Assembly (NCBI GenBank): GCA_035494815.1
Contig: DATJGQ010000408.1
Location: 1 to 24,110 of the forward strand
Direction of reading: 5' to 3'
DNA: 24,110 bases
Origin: Gemmataceae bacterium
GTDB taxonomy: Bacteria > Planctomycetota > Planctomycetia > Gemmatales > Gemmataceae
The translations under genes were made by a program, and so were the position numbers. Shown here piece by piece: positions 7,821-16,779 of the stretch. Below the pieces are notes generated by a model. That model saw only the letters and a program-made list of their open reading frames with translations. It was not told where the DNA came from and ran no database searches. Numbering within the stretch: the first letter of the stretch is position 1; each line of letters opens with the position of its first letter.

Positions 7821-8078
7821 GTCGTTTCGTGAGCTGAATGCCAAAGCGGTCACAAATCCGCCATCATTCTTTGATGGGTCAACGCTTTTCACCGGGTTTT
7901 GCGGGCGGTATCGGTCGAAGCGATTATGCGAGAGTCGGTTGTATTACCGTCTCTGCTGTCAGCTGGTGAGACCGAAACCCCCTATTTTCAACCGGTTGGC
8001 CACGACGGGGCAATTCAGCGTGGAGTAGAATGTAAGCAAGCCAGAAACTGACAGCCTCGCTCGAAGGAGAGCAGCGAC

Positions 8079-8273
8079 ATGTTGGTCCTCAGCCGCAAGC
8101 TTGGCGAAAAGATTTACATCGGTGACAACATCTGCATCACCGTCGTCGACATTGACCGCGGCAAGATTCGGCTCGGGATCGAGGCTCCCCGGAATGTGCC
8201 GATCTATCGGCAAGAGCTGCTGCCGTTGAACACGCCCCGGCCGGAAAACCCGGAGCCGATCCCGGCCCGCTGA
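8079..8273 (+). CDS. csrA: carbon storage regulator CsrA/RsmA RNA-binding protein
   Basis: [47 protein letters not shown] is the canonical CsrA sequence. SD AAGGAG lies upstream. Confidence 0.96.
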   Translation: MLVLSRKLGEKIYIGDNICITVVDIDRGKIRLGIEAPRNVPIYRQELLPLNTPRPENPEPIPAR

Positions 8274-8298
8274 TCCCGGTCGCGATTGTGTAATACGC

Positions 8299-8331
8299 CG
8301 GCCCCGGACAACTGTCCGGGGCCGTTTTTTT
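8299..8331 (+). terminator. rho-independent terminator of csrA
   Basis: CGGCCCCGGACA-AC-TGTCCGGGGCCG perfect inverted repeat followed by T7. Confidence 0.9.
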
Positions 8332-8354
8332 GCCAGCTGTCGAATGCGCCAACT

Positions 8355-11300
8355 TTACTTCGATTCGAACTCCTTCAACTGAGCGCGCAGCTCTGCATCA
8401 TCCGGCATCAGCGCGAGTGCAGCTCGTTGAGTCTCAATCGCCTCGCGGTTCTTGCCCGCCTGTCGCTGAGCCGCCGCGAGGTGATGCAAGATAGTCCCAT
8501 CGCGGCGGCGACTCAGCTCAGCCGCGCGCTCGAGATCGGCGAGGGCTCCCTCGGTGCCGCGCTCGGAGCGAACGCGGCCGCGCGCGTGGTAGCCGTGCGC
8601 GTCGTTCGGCGCTTGGGCGATGGCCCTCTCACCGTCGGCGAGCGCCTTCGTCAGTCGGCCACGGTCCGCTTGCATCACCGCTCGTAACCCGTACGCCGGG
8701 CCGAAAGGTGCTTCGGCCGCCAGGCACTCGTCGAGCAGCGACGCGACGAGATCGGGCCGCCTCTTTCGGGCGTGCAGATGCTCCGCGCACACGAAGCGAT
8801 CGAGCGACGCCGCGGTCGCTTCACGTGCCGCCGAGTTGCGCAGTTCCTCCCGTCGGCGGGTTAATGCCTCAACCGCCGCTGCCGAGGCCTTCAAATCCGG
8901 AGTCGGCCGCTCGACCTGTCGGACGCGCCCGGCGGTTCGCGCCGCGTCGTCAAGCCGGCCGAGAGCAATCTGTGCGTCGATCAGCGCGACGAGCACTTCG
9001 GCGTCGGGCTCCACGTGTTCCAAGTGCGTCACGGCCTCGGCAAACGCCCCGCGATGGGCGGCCACCAGGCCGGCGGGCCGTTCGGCATCGCTGCCGGCGC
9101 CGCCACCTTCGCCGCGTCGCGCCTCGTCCAGGATCTCGGCGGCCGTCTCGAATCGGCCGAGCCGAACGGCCACGTCCGCCGCGCGGGCCAGGCCGACGGC
9201 GTCGTCGCCCACCTCGGCGTGGAAGAGAGTCAGATATTTCATCGCCTCCGGCCGCGCCCCGGTCGCGGCGGACAAGCGCGCCGCGGCGAGCAACACGTCG
9301 GCGTAGTCTTCGTCGTCCGGCTCGTCGTCGAGCGCCTTCTTATAGGCCCGCAACGCCTGCCGCGCTTGGCCGAGCGCCTCGTGCACTTCTCCGAGCAGTC
9401 GCCAATCGGACGGCTGGAAACCCGACGCGTCCGCCTCTTCGGCCGCGCGCAAGTGCCGCAGCGCTTTTCGCGGCTCCTCCTGAATCCGGGCGCTGTTGGC
9501 CAGCAAGAGGTGCGCCTCCCGTTTGATGGCGGCATTCTTGGACGAGGTCAGCGGCTGCAGCACTTGCGCGGCGTCCTCGTGTTTGGACTGCGCGATCAGG
9601 TTCCCCGCGTGGTCGAGCGCCAGGTCTGTGTCGTCCGGGAACTGCCGCACCATCGACCGGAACAAGTCCTCGCGACCTTCGAGCGAATCGACCGCGGCGA
9701 GGCTCAGTTCCCAAAGCGGCCGTTCGCCCGGATGGCGGCGGCGGGCCTCCCCGAGGACGCGGACAGCGTCGCCGCGCTTCTCGTGCCGCAGGTACAGTTC
9801 CGCCAGGACGGTCGCCGTCGCCAGGTCGTCGGGCGATGCCTTCAACAGTTGCTCAATTTCCTCGGCGTCGGAGATCGCCGTCGTCGCCTGGAGGGTCAGG
9901 CGGGCCCGGCAGGCGGATTGCACCGAGTCTTGGAACTTCTCGAACGCCGCGAACTCGGCCGGCTCGACCCGCGATCGCGTCAACTTCGAGCGGAATTCGA
10001 GCTCCAGCGTCCGCGGCCGATCCTCCGCGTGCGTGACCCGAAAATCGAACGTCCCCCACGGCGAGGCGATCGTCTGCGGTCCGGGCACGTCATTGAAGCG
10101 GTGCGTGGCCGGCAACTTCACGACTAACCGCTGCACGGTTTCGAACGGCTCCCCAAGGTCGATGGCGGTCTTGCGCTCGTGGTCGACGTTGAGCGACAGG
10201 ATCGACGTCCACGGCCCCTGCTCGCCGAGCGTGCCCTCGCGCGCGGTGCCGCCGGAAAACAACTCGGGCATCTGGAACGTCGCGCGGACACTCAGCGGGC
10301 GATCCACGTCCGCAAGCGTGGCGTCAAACTCCAGGTCCTGCAGCCGTGCCTTGGGATAAGCGTCAAGCAGCTCGGCCGTCACCAAGCGACGCCGCTCGGC
10401 CTTCGGCGCGTCTGCGAAGTCGTCGCGCTTGACCCAGGCGGCGATGCCTTGATAGACACTCCGCCGTTCCGCGCGGGCGGACCCGTCGGCAGCCACGGTG
10501 ATCGCGGTCGAATGCTCGCTGCGATTATTGCCGGGCTTCGCCGCCGGCGTGCGCGCCAGCCGCAGACCGTTCGTGTCCGTGATGTAACAGAGCCGGTCGC
10601 GGTCATCGCGCGGCAAGACGTCCCAGCCGATCAGGTTGGCGGTCAGGTCGACCCAGTGGTCGCGGCCGTCGATCGTGACGACCGCGATGGCGTGCGAGCC
10701 CCACGGCGAGGGCACGCCATCGAGAATCTGGCCGTCGTCGCGCGCGCCGAGTGTCGCGACCGCCGCCTTCACCCCGGCCGCCCGCGCCATCACCGCATAA
10801 AGGTGGGCGGTGTCTTTGCAGTCACCGGTTCGGGTGGAGAGGACCTCTCCCGGCGGGTGCGGCGTATAGTCGTGCTTATCGCCCGAGGAAACGTAACGGA
10901 CGTTCCGGCGCACCCATTGCGCCAGGGCCCGCGCCTTGTCGAGCGGCGTCGAGAGTCCGCGCGTCACTGCCGAGACGACCGCCTGCACGTCCGGCGTACA
11001 CGTGCTGCGATCGGCCACAAGGCTTTGGTCCCACCGGCCGACTTCCTCCCAACTCGCGAACGTCGAGCAGGCGGCTTCGAGCCGGAATTCTTCGGCGCTG
11101 GGAAGACGATCGCCCTGCGGCAGCGGCCGGCGGTTCCTCGCCGACCAGCGGTAGACGCGCTCGCCGCCCTCGGCCGTTACCGCCAGCGGGACCGTCCCGT
11201 TGACGATCTCGTGCTTGAGTTCGCGACCCTCCGGCACGCGGACGCACCACTCGTCGCGGACGACCGGGTATTTGTCGTTGCCGAACTGGTACCGCGCGAA

Positions 11301-11849
11301 CAACTGCCCGGGGTGTTCGGGGTGCCGGCCCCGGGTCGTCCAGTGCACCTCGATCACGTCGCCGATTTCCAGGCCGGGGAAGGAGATGACGAGCTGTTTG
11401 CTCGGGTCGTAGATCTGGTGGTCGGTGTTGACGTCGCGCATCTGCAAGTGCCGCGGTCCCACCTCGATCACGCCGCCATTCTTCTTGTGCACGCGGGCCG
11501 CGTGCAAGGTGACATGTTCATAGGCCGGGGCGAACGTGATCGTCCGATACTCACCGAGTTGGTCGATCCCTTTGCGGCGATTCAGCCGGATGATTTCCTG
11601 CGTCGTCGATTCGGTCGTGCCGTCGGTTTCCAGCCGCTGCGTCGTGCCGGAGTAGAGAAAACATGCCGCGGCGTCTTCGGCGAACTCGGCGGGCACCTCA
11701 TTCCAGGCGGCCGGATCGTACCGGACCGCGGCCGGCACTCGCGGCGGGCCGACCGACACCGGCCACGCCGGCGACTCGGCACGCGACGCGGTGTTGAGAG
11801 CCACGAACAGGAACAGAACAACAACCGGGCGGGGGAATAGACGAGCCAT
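8355..11849 (-). CDS. secreted DUF3857 + transglutaminase-like + TPR-repeat protein
   Basis: Start re-placed at ATG 11849 (signal peptide MARLFPRPVVVLFLFVALNTASRA). DUF3857-like region (FPGLEIGDVIE), transglutaminase triad GDCKD / GSHAI / WVDLT, then a second beta domain and a long Ala-rich TPR region (ALADGERAIAQAPNDAHGYHARG). Confidence 0.88.
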   Translation of the reverse strand: MARLFPRPVVVLFLFVALNTASRAESPAWPVSVGPPRVPAAVRYDPAAWNEVPAEFAEDAAACFLYSGTTQRLETDGTTESTTQEIIRLNRRKGIDQLGEYRTITFAPAYEHVTLHAARVHKKNGGVIEVGPRHLQMRDVNTDHQIYDPSKQLVISFPGLEIGDVIEVHWTTRGRHPEHPGQLFARYQFGNDKYPVVRDEWCVRVPEGRELKHEIVNGTVPLAVTAEGGERVYRWSARNRRPLPQGDRLPSAEEFRLEAACSTFASWEEVGRWDQSLVADRSTCTPDVQAVVSAVTRGLSTPLDKARALAQWVRRNVRYVSSGDKHDYTPHPPGEVLSTRTGDCKDTAHLYAVMARAAGVKAAVATLGARDDGQILDGVPSPWGSHAIAVVTIDGRDHWVDLTANLIGWDVLPRDDRDRLCYITDTNGLRLARTPAAKPGNNRSEHSTAITVAADGSARAERRSVYQGIAAWVKRDDFADAPKAERRRLVTAELLDAYPKARLQDLEFDATLADVDRPLSVRATFQMPELFSGGTAREGTLGEQGPWTSILSLNVDHERKTAIDLGEPFETVQRLVVKLPATHRFNDVPGPQTIASPWGTFDFRVTHAEDRPRTLELEFRSKLTRSRVEPAEFAAFEKFQDSVQSACRARLTLQATTAISDAEEIEQLLKASPDDLATATVLAELYLRHEKRGDAVRVLGEARRRHPGERPLWELSLAAVDSLEGREDLFRSMVRQFPDDTDLALDHAGNLIAQSKHEDAAQVLQPLTSSKNAAIKREAHLLLANSARIQEEPRKALRHLRAAEEADASGFQPSDWRLLGEVHEALGQARQALRAYKKALDDEPDDEDYADVLLAAARLSAATGARPEAMKYLTLFHAEVGDDAVGLARAADVAVRLGRFETAAEILDEARRGEGGGAGSDAERPAGLVAAHRGAFAEAVTHLEHVEPDAEVLVALIDAQIALGRLDDAARTAGRVRQVERPTPDLKASAAAVEALTRRREELRNSAAREATAASLDRFVCAEHLHARKRRPDLVASLLDECLAAEAPFGPAYGLRAVMQADRGRLTKALADGERAIAQAPNDAHGYHARGRVRSERGTEGALADLERAAELSRRRDGTILHHLAAAQRQAGKNREAIETQRAALALMPDDAELRAQLKEFESK

Positions 11850-11956
11850 CACTGGCCACTCCGCGAATTGAGCCAAGGACCGGTTTGACCATTTTGACCG
11901 GACCGGCCGAATGTGACAACCGCAAGTGGCTTCGGTAGGTCTTCCGCGGCGGCCGG

Positions 11957-12790
11957 CTATTCGCCGAACAGTCGCGACTTCCACAGGCCGGCCCGGTGCA
12001 ACCACCAACGGCCGACCGCCGCGACTGTCGCGATGCCGTACTTCACACTCCGACCGAAGTTAATGCTCGACGCCTCGGCGAAATAACGCACCGGTACCGG
12101 CACGTCGCCGAGCCGAAACCCGAAGTGGACCGCCTGAATGAGGAACTGGGCGTCGAACAAAAAATCATCGGAGTTGCGGTCGAAGGGAATACGCTCTAAG
12201 ACTTCTCGGCGGTAGACGCGAAAGCCGGAATGGAAGTCGCCGAGATTCTGGCCCAACGCCAGATTCTCGAAGGCCGTCAGAAATCGGTTCGCGAGGTATT
12301 TGTACTTCGGCATGCCACCCGCCAATGCCTCGCGCCGTGAACGGACGCGGCTGCCGAGTACGACGTCGCAGATGCCCAGCTCGATGAAGCCGATCGCGTG
12401 CGGGATCACGCGGCTGTCGTACTGGTAGTCGGGGTGGATCATGACCACGACGTCGGCCCCGTGGTCGAGGGCATAGTGGTAACAGGTCTTCTGGTTACCG
12501 CCGTAGCCGCGGTTTTGTGAGTGCTGAATTACGGTCAGCCCCATGTCCCGGGCGACGCTCACCGTCCGGTCGGTACTACCGTCGTCGACGAGGACGACTT
12601 CATCCACGGCCCCGGTCGGAATGTCCGCGAGTGTAGCGGCCAAGGTGCGCTCGGCGTTGTAAGCCGGCAGCACGGCGATCACATTGTATGAGCGGCGCGG
12701 CAAATCGCCCTCGGGGACGAGGATGCGATCGACGTGAAAGATCTCGTGCCGGGGTTGCAGCGGAGCGTGACGCAGCAGCGAGTTCGCCAT
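11957..12790 (-). CDS. GT2 glycosyltransferase, DPM1 / polyprenol-phosphate glycosyltransferase-like
   Basis: [32 protein letters not shown] and DFHSGFRVY motifs. Confidence 0.92.
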   Translation of the reverse strand: MANSLLRHAPLQPRHEIFHVDRILVPEGDLPRRSYNVIAVLPAYNAERTLAATLADIPTGAVDEVVLVDDGSTDRTVSVARDMGLTVIQHSQNRGYGGNQKTCYHYALDHGADVVVMIHPDYQYDSRVIPHAIGFIELGICDVVLGSRVRSRREALAGGMPKYKYLANRFLTAFENLALGQNLGDFHSGFRVYRREVLERIPFDRNSDDFLFDAQFLIQAVHFGFRLGDVPVPVRYFAEASSINFGRSVKYGIATVAAVGRWWLHRAGLWKSRLFGE

Positions 12791-12824
12791 GGGGTGCTCG
12801 CAGAGCCGTGGACGGACCCGCGCA

Positions 12825-12896
12825 ATTATAGTTCGGTGCCGGCCCGGACGCTAACTCCCGACGGCCTTGCACGATTCACGCCACGGCTGGTAGACT
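12825..12896. promoter_or_regulatory. back-to-back promoters of the divergent GT2 and GT87 genes
   Basis: Minus strand: perfect TATAAT (12830-12825). Plus strand: TTGCAC (12867-12872), 18 nt, TAGACT (12891-12896), with an extended -10 TG. Confidence 0.55.
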
Positions 12897-12933
12897 CCCA
12901 CCGCTCTCCCTCCGGGTGCACGGAAGCGCCGCC

Positions 12934-14280
12934 ATGCCCATTTGTTGGCCCGTCGTTTCGCAACGTGTCTTCGTCCTCGGCCTTCTGGGCGTTTTCGTTG
13001 CCGTCAGCGTTCAGTACTCCCTCAAGGTGCTCGACGCCCGCCACGGCGTGCAGAGTCGCTCCGCCATCCAGCGGTGGCGTGAGCAGTTGCTGCAGCTCGA
13101 CGCCGGCGAAAATATCTACGCCCGATTCACCTATCCCAACCCGCCGATCATGGCGTTGATGCTCCGGCCGATCGCGGACCTGCCGCCCTTGGTCGGTGCG
13201 CTGACGTGGTTTTACCTCAAAGTCGCCATGGCGCTCATCGCCTTCGCGGCGATCTTCCGCGTGATCGAAACCGCGGACATGCCGTTCCCGCCTTGGGCCA
13301 AAGCGCTCGCGGTGCTGCTCAGTATTCGGCCGGTCGTCGGCGACCTGTCCCACGGCAACGTTAACCTGTTCATTCTGTTTCTCGTCGCCGTGATGCTGTA
13401 CGCGTTTCGCCGCGGCTGGGACGTGGCGGCCGGCGTTATCTTGGGGCTCGCCATCGCCTGCAAGGTCACGCCCGCACTTTTCGTCGTCTACTTCCTCTGG
13501 AAACGGGCGTGGGGACTGCTGGCCGGTTGCGCGATCGGTCTGGTCTTATTCTTCGGACCGATCCCGGCACTGTTCCTCGGCTGGGACCAAAACGCCGAGC
13601 TACTGACGAGCTGGATCCGGCAGATGGTCACGCCGTTCCTGGTCGGCGGGGCCGTGACGTCCGACCATCCGAACCAGTCGTTGCCCGGCCTTGTCGCCCG
13701 GATGCTGACGGCGAGCCCGTCGTTCTCGACATACGTCAACGATGTGTACACGCCGGTCGAGTATTACAACTTTCTTGCGCTGAGTCCGGGAACGGCCAAG
13801 TGGGTCGTGCGCGACTGCATGGCGTTGTTCGCGGGCCTGGTCGTGTGGGCGTGCCGCGCACCGATCCGGCGCCGCGGTGGCGTGAAGCTGGCGGCGGAGG
13901 CCGGGATCATCACGGTCGGCATGCTGCTCTTTAGCGAACGGACCTGGAAGCATCACTGCGTCATACTCGTCGTGCCGTTCGCCGTGTTGAGCTATGCACT
14001 CGCGGTCAACGCGTCCGACCGCCGTCTGCGTCGTTTCTTGATCGCGACACTGATCCTGAGTCAGGCGCTGATGGCAACGACCAGCACCGCGCTCTGGCCC
14101 GATGACTGGGCGAAGCTCGCACAAGTGTTTGGCGCGTACGTCGGCGTGTTTCTTCTCCTCGTCGCCGCGCAAGCCACCGTCCTGCGACGCAATCTCACAT
14201 CGCAGTCTCAACAAGCGGCAGATCACTTCCCTCGTTCAGTCACGTCTCACCTGGCGCAACAACAATTGCCGGCCGCGTAA
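12934..14280 (+). CDS. GT87 / DUF2029 integral-membrane GT-C glycosyltransferase (alternative GTG start 12916)
   Basis: Multiple TM helices; YPNPP, GNVNLFILF, KVTPA and NQSL motifs characteristic of GT87. Confidence 0.85.
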   Translation: MPICWPVVSQRVFVLGLLGVFVAVSVQYSLKVLDARHGVQSRSAIQRWREQLLQLDAGENIYARFTYPNPPIMALMLRPIADLPPLVGALTWFYLKVAMALIAFAAIFRVIETADMPFPPWAKALAVLLSIRPVVGDLSHGNVNLFILFLVAVMLYAFRRGWDVAAGVILGLAIACKVTPALFVVYFLWKRAWGLLAGCAIGLVLFFGPIPALFLGWDQNAELLTSWIRQMVTPFLVGGAVTSDHPNQSLPGLVARMLTASPSFSTYVNDVYTPVEYYNFLALSPGTAKWVVRDCMALFAGLVVWACRAPIRRRGGVKLAAEAGIITVGMLLFSERTWKHHCVILVVPFAVLSYALAVNASDRRLRRFLIATLILSQALMATTSTALWPDDWAKLAQVFGAYVGVFLLLVAAQATVLRRNLTSQSQQAADHFPRSVTSHLAQQQLPAA

Positions 14281-14343
14281 CCGCGCGGGTACCGTAAACT
14301 GGCAGTTGTGACTGACCCACTCCGACGGCAAGTGAGCCATCGT

Positions 14344-14979
14344 ATGAGCACCGTCGACTTGCGCCGCGACTACACGCTTCACGGCCTCAACGAGGCCGAC
14401 GTCAAAGCCGATCCGGTCGAGCAGTTCGGCATTTGGTTCGAGCAGGCACTGGCCGCCAACGTTCCGGACGCCAATGCAATGGCACTGGCTACGACGAAGC
14501 CGGACGGCCGGCCGGCCGCGCGGATCGTGCTGCTGAAACACTTCGACGTGAATGGCTTTCTGTTCTTCACCAACTACCACAGTCGCAAAGGCCGCGATCT
14601 CGCCAAGAATCCTGCTGCGGCTCTCTTGTTCTTCTGGCCACAGCTGGAGCGACAGGTTCGCATCGAAGGCGCGGTCACGTTTACGACGGCGGCGGAGTCG
14701 GACAGTTACTTTCGCGGCCGGCCGTTGGAAAGCCGTCTGGGTGCCTGCGTTTCGCCCCAGAGCGAGGTTATAGCCGGCCGCGACGAGTTGGAACGCCGCC
14801 TGGCCGAATTCAGGGCACGCTATCCGGGCGACGAAGTTCCGCGGCCGTCCCATTGGGGCGGCTACCGACTCACGCCGGAGGCGTTCGAATTCTGGCAAGG
14901 ACGTCCGGGACGGTTGCACGACCGGTTGGAGTACTACCGTGCGGACGGCGCGTGGCGCCTGCGCAGGCTGGCGCCGTGA
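14344..14979 (+). CDS. pdxH: pyridoxine/pyridoxamine 5'-phosphate oxidase
   Basis: LRRDY, RIVLLK, FFTNYHSRKG, QVRIEG, WGGYRL, EFWQGRPGRLHDR. Start placed at ATG 14344. Confidence 0.96.
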   Translation: MSTVDLRRDYTLHGLNEADVKADPVEQFGIWFEQALAANVPDANAMALATTKPDGRPAARIVLLKHFDVNGFLFFTNYHSRKGRDLAKNPAAALLFFWPQLERQVRIEGAVTFTTAAESDSYFRGRPLESRLGACVSPQSEVIAGRDELERRLAEFRARYPGDEVPRPSHWGGYRLTPEAFEFWQGRPGRLHDRLEYYRADGAWRLRRLAP

Positions 14980-15010
14980 GTCGAGACGGGGACGGAGCAA
15001 ATCACGAGTG

Positions 15011-15040
15011 GACTTCCGGTCGAAGTCGGGGCATTTTTTT
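15011..15040 (+). terminator. possible terminator after pdxH
   Basis: GACTTC-CGGTC-GAAGTC hairpin, then GGGGCA and T7. The U-tract is displaced 6 nt from the stem. Confidence 0.35.
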
Positions 15041-15222
15041 GTAAGAACTGTGGAAGTTGCAGTTTTTTTTGTTTGCAATTGCCCGGCGGTTGAATACGCT
15101 GTGTCCCTATAGGTAGGTGGAAGTTTTCGCCGGGCGTGGCGGAGAGGGGCGAGGTGCTCCGGCTTCCCAGCGGCGATTCAAGGTGCCCCCCTCCATCCAT
15201 CATCTTTAGAGGAGTCTGCCAC

Positions 15223-16455
15223 ATGGTGCTCGCCCTTGGTCGATGGTTCGCTGGGATGTCCCACCGCAAGCCGGTGCGCCGCACTCAGCGGGGCCGCTGG
15301 GCCGTCACCCGATTGGAAGATCGCACGGTCCCGGCAAACGTCGCCTTCGCTGCTGCTGCCTTCGCCGGCCCCAACACCGCGATGACGGTCAACGTCTACG
15401 GACCGACCGGGACGCAGGTGGCGAGCTTTGTACCGTTCTCGGATTTTGTTGGGGGCAACGTCAACATCGCCATCGGCGACGTGAACGGCGACGGCACCCA
15501 GGACGTCATCGTCGCGCCGGGCAACGGCGGCGGACCGATCGTCAACGTGTACGATGGCGCGGCACTGCCCGGCGTCACTCGTCCGCTGTTTCAGCTCGTC
15601 GCGTACGATCCCCTGCTTCGCGGCGGGACCTTCGTTGCCGCCGGCGACATCAACGGCGATGGCAAGGCGGACGTAATCACCGGGGCAGGCCTGGGCGGCG
15701 GGCCGCACGTCAAGGCGTTCAGCGGGGCCGATAATGGCGCCACTTTACTCCTCAGTTTCTTCGCCTACGAAGGGACATTCCGTGGCGGCGTCCGCGTGGG
15801 AGCGTCCGACTTCGGCGGCGACAACGGTCAGAACCCTAACGGTACGTTCCGACCAGGGGGCGCGCCCGGCAGCCATAACGGTGACGCGGAAATCGTGACC
15901 GCCCCTGGCCCCGGCCGGCTCGTCGACCTCGAACTGTGGGACTACGATGCTCAGCTGAATGACCCCGACCACTTCGGGACCATTATTTCGGACCAGACGT
16001 TCCCGGGTTTCACCGGCGGCGCGTTCGTCGGCGGAGGCTTCTTCACCAACAACGTGGACTCCGACGGGTTCGTGTATGCCGACATAACTGTCAGCGCCGA
16101 TGTCACCGGCGGTCCGCAGGAGAAGATGTTCCGTCTGGACGCCTTCACCGACCCGGCGCGCCGAGATGTCGCCGTTTACATCCCGGCGAACCAGGTGGTC
16201 GCGGGCGATCCCGCCGTCGTGGATCCGAATTACCCTCTAACCAGCACCTTCCCGTTCGACACCGGCCTGCGCGGCGGGCTTCGGATTGGTACCGTCAAGG
16301 ACCTCAACGGCGATGGTCGCGACGAACTGATCGTCGGGCCCGGCCCGCAAGGTGGTCCGCAGGTCCGCGTCCTCAGCGGACTCAACGGCACCGACTTGGT
16401 TCCGACCTTCCTTGCCGGCGATCCCAACGACCGGAACGGCATTTTTGTCGCGTAA
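15223..16455 (+). CDS. planctomycete LEDR-x-VPA motif, FG-GAP/VCBS-repeat surface protein
   Basis: SD GAGGAG before ATG 15223. Basic leader ending in RLEDRTVPA. Ca-binding FG-GAP-like repeats GDVNGDGTQDVIV, GDINGDGKADVIT, KDLNGDGRDELIV, and recurring GGGP.V / FRGG.V motifs. Confidence 0.88.
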   Translation: MVLALGRWFAGMSHRKPVRRTQRGRWAVTRLEDRTVPANVAFAAAAFAGPNTAMTVNVYGPTGTQVASFVPFSDFVGGNVNIAIGDVNGDGTQDVIVAPGNGGGPIVNVYDGAALPGVTRPLFQLVAYDPLLRGGTFVAAGDINGDGKADVITGAGLGGGPHVKAFSGADNGATLLLSFFAYEGTFRGGVRVGASDFGGDNGQNPNGTFRPGGAPGSHNGDAEIVTAPGPGRLVDLELWDYDAQLNDPDHFGTIISDQTFPGFTGGAFVGGGFFTNNVDSDGFVYADITVSADVTGGPQEKMFRLDAFTDPARRDVAVYIPANQVVAGDPAVVDPNYPLTSTFPFDTGLRGGLRIGTVKDLNGDGRDELIVGPGPQGGPQVRVLSGLNGTDLVPTFLAGDPNDRNGIFVA

Positions 16456-16484
16456 CGCGCCCGTCGCTTCGAGTAGGTAACTTC

Positions 16485-16518
16485 GACCGGACAGGGTTCC
16501 CTGTCCGGTCTTTTTTTT
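16485..16518 (+). terminator. rho-independent terminator of the FG-GAP gene
   Basis: GACCGGACAGGG-TT-CCCTGTCCGGTC perfect inverted repeat followed by T8. Confidence 0.92.
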
Positions 16519-16779
16519 GCTAAGACGTGACGGCCGTGACAGACGTGACGAGCGGGACCGCGTACATCGTTTATTCCGTCGTTGCCATTCTCGTGAACGG
16601 TGGTCGGTAAAGCTGTCCGGCTCGAGCGGAGCGTAACAGTAGTCGAAGGGAGGACGGCGCGTGAATTCCCGCCAAAACGTATGCCGGAGGGCGGGGCGTG
16701 GGGCATGGTACGGTGTCCGATCGCGCGGCCACTCATGGAGAGGCCGGCCGCGCTTGCCTACCCCATAGGATGTCCCACC

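Noticed and set aside
7996-8013. Possible sigma54 promoter (GG-N10-GC) upstream of csrA
   Set aside because: The spacing fits, but the flanks match TGGCACG/TTGC poorly, and such spacing is common in GC-rich DNA.
10179-11840. 553-aa plus-strand ORF and other long antisense ORFs (4828..5682, 9015..10127, 17571..18401, 20101..21312)
   Set aside because: They are antisense shadows of well-supported genes, expected from stop-codon scarcity at high GC, and show no family motifs.
11850-12008. Upstream extension of the 1217-aa ORF
   Set aside because: It overlaps the GT2 3' end and precedes a clear signal peptide starting at 11849.
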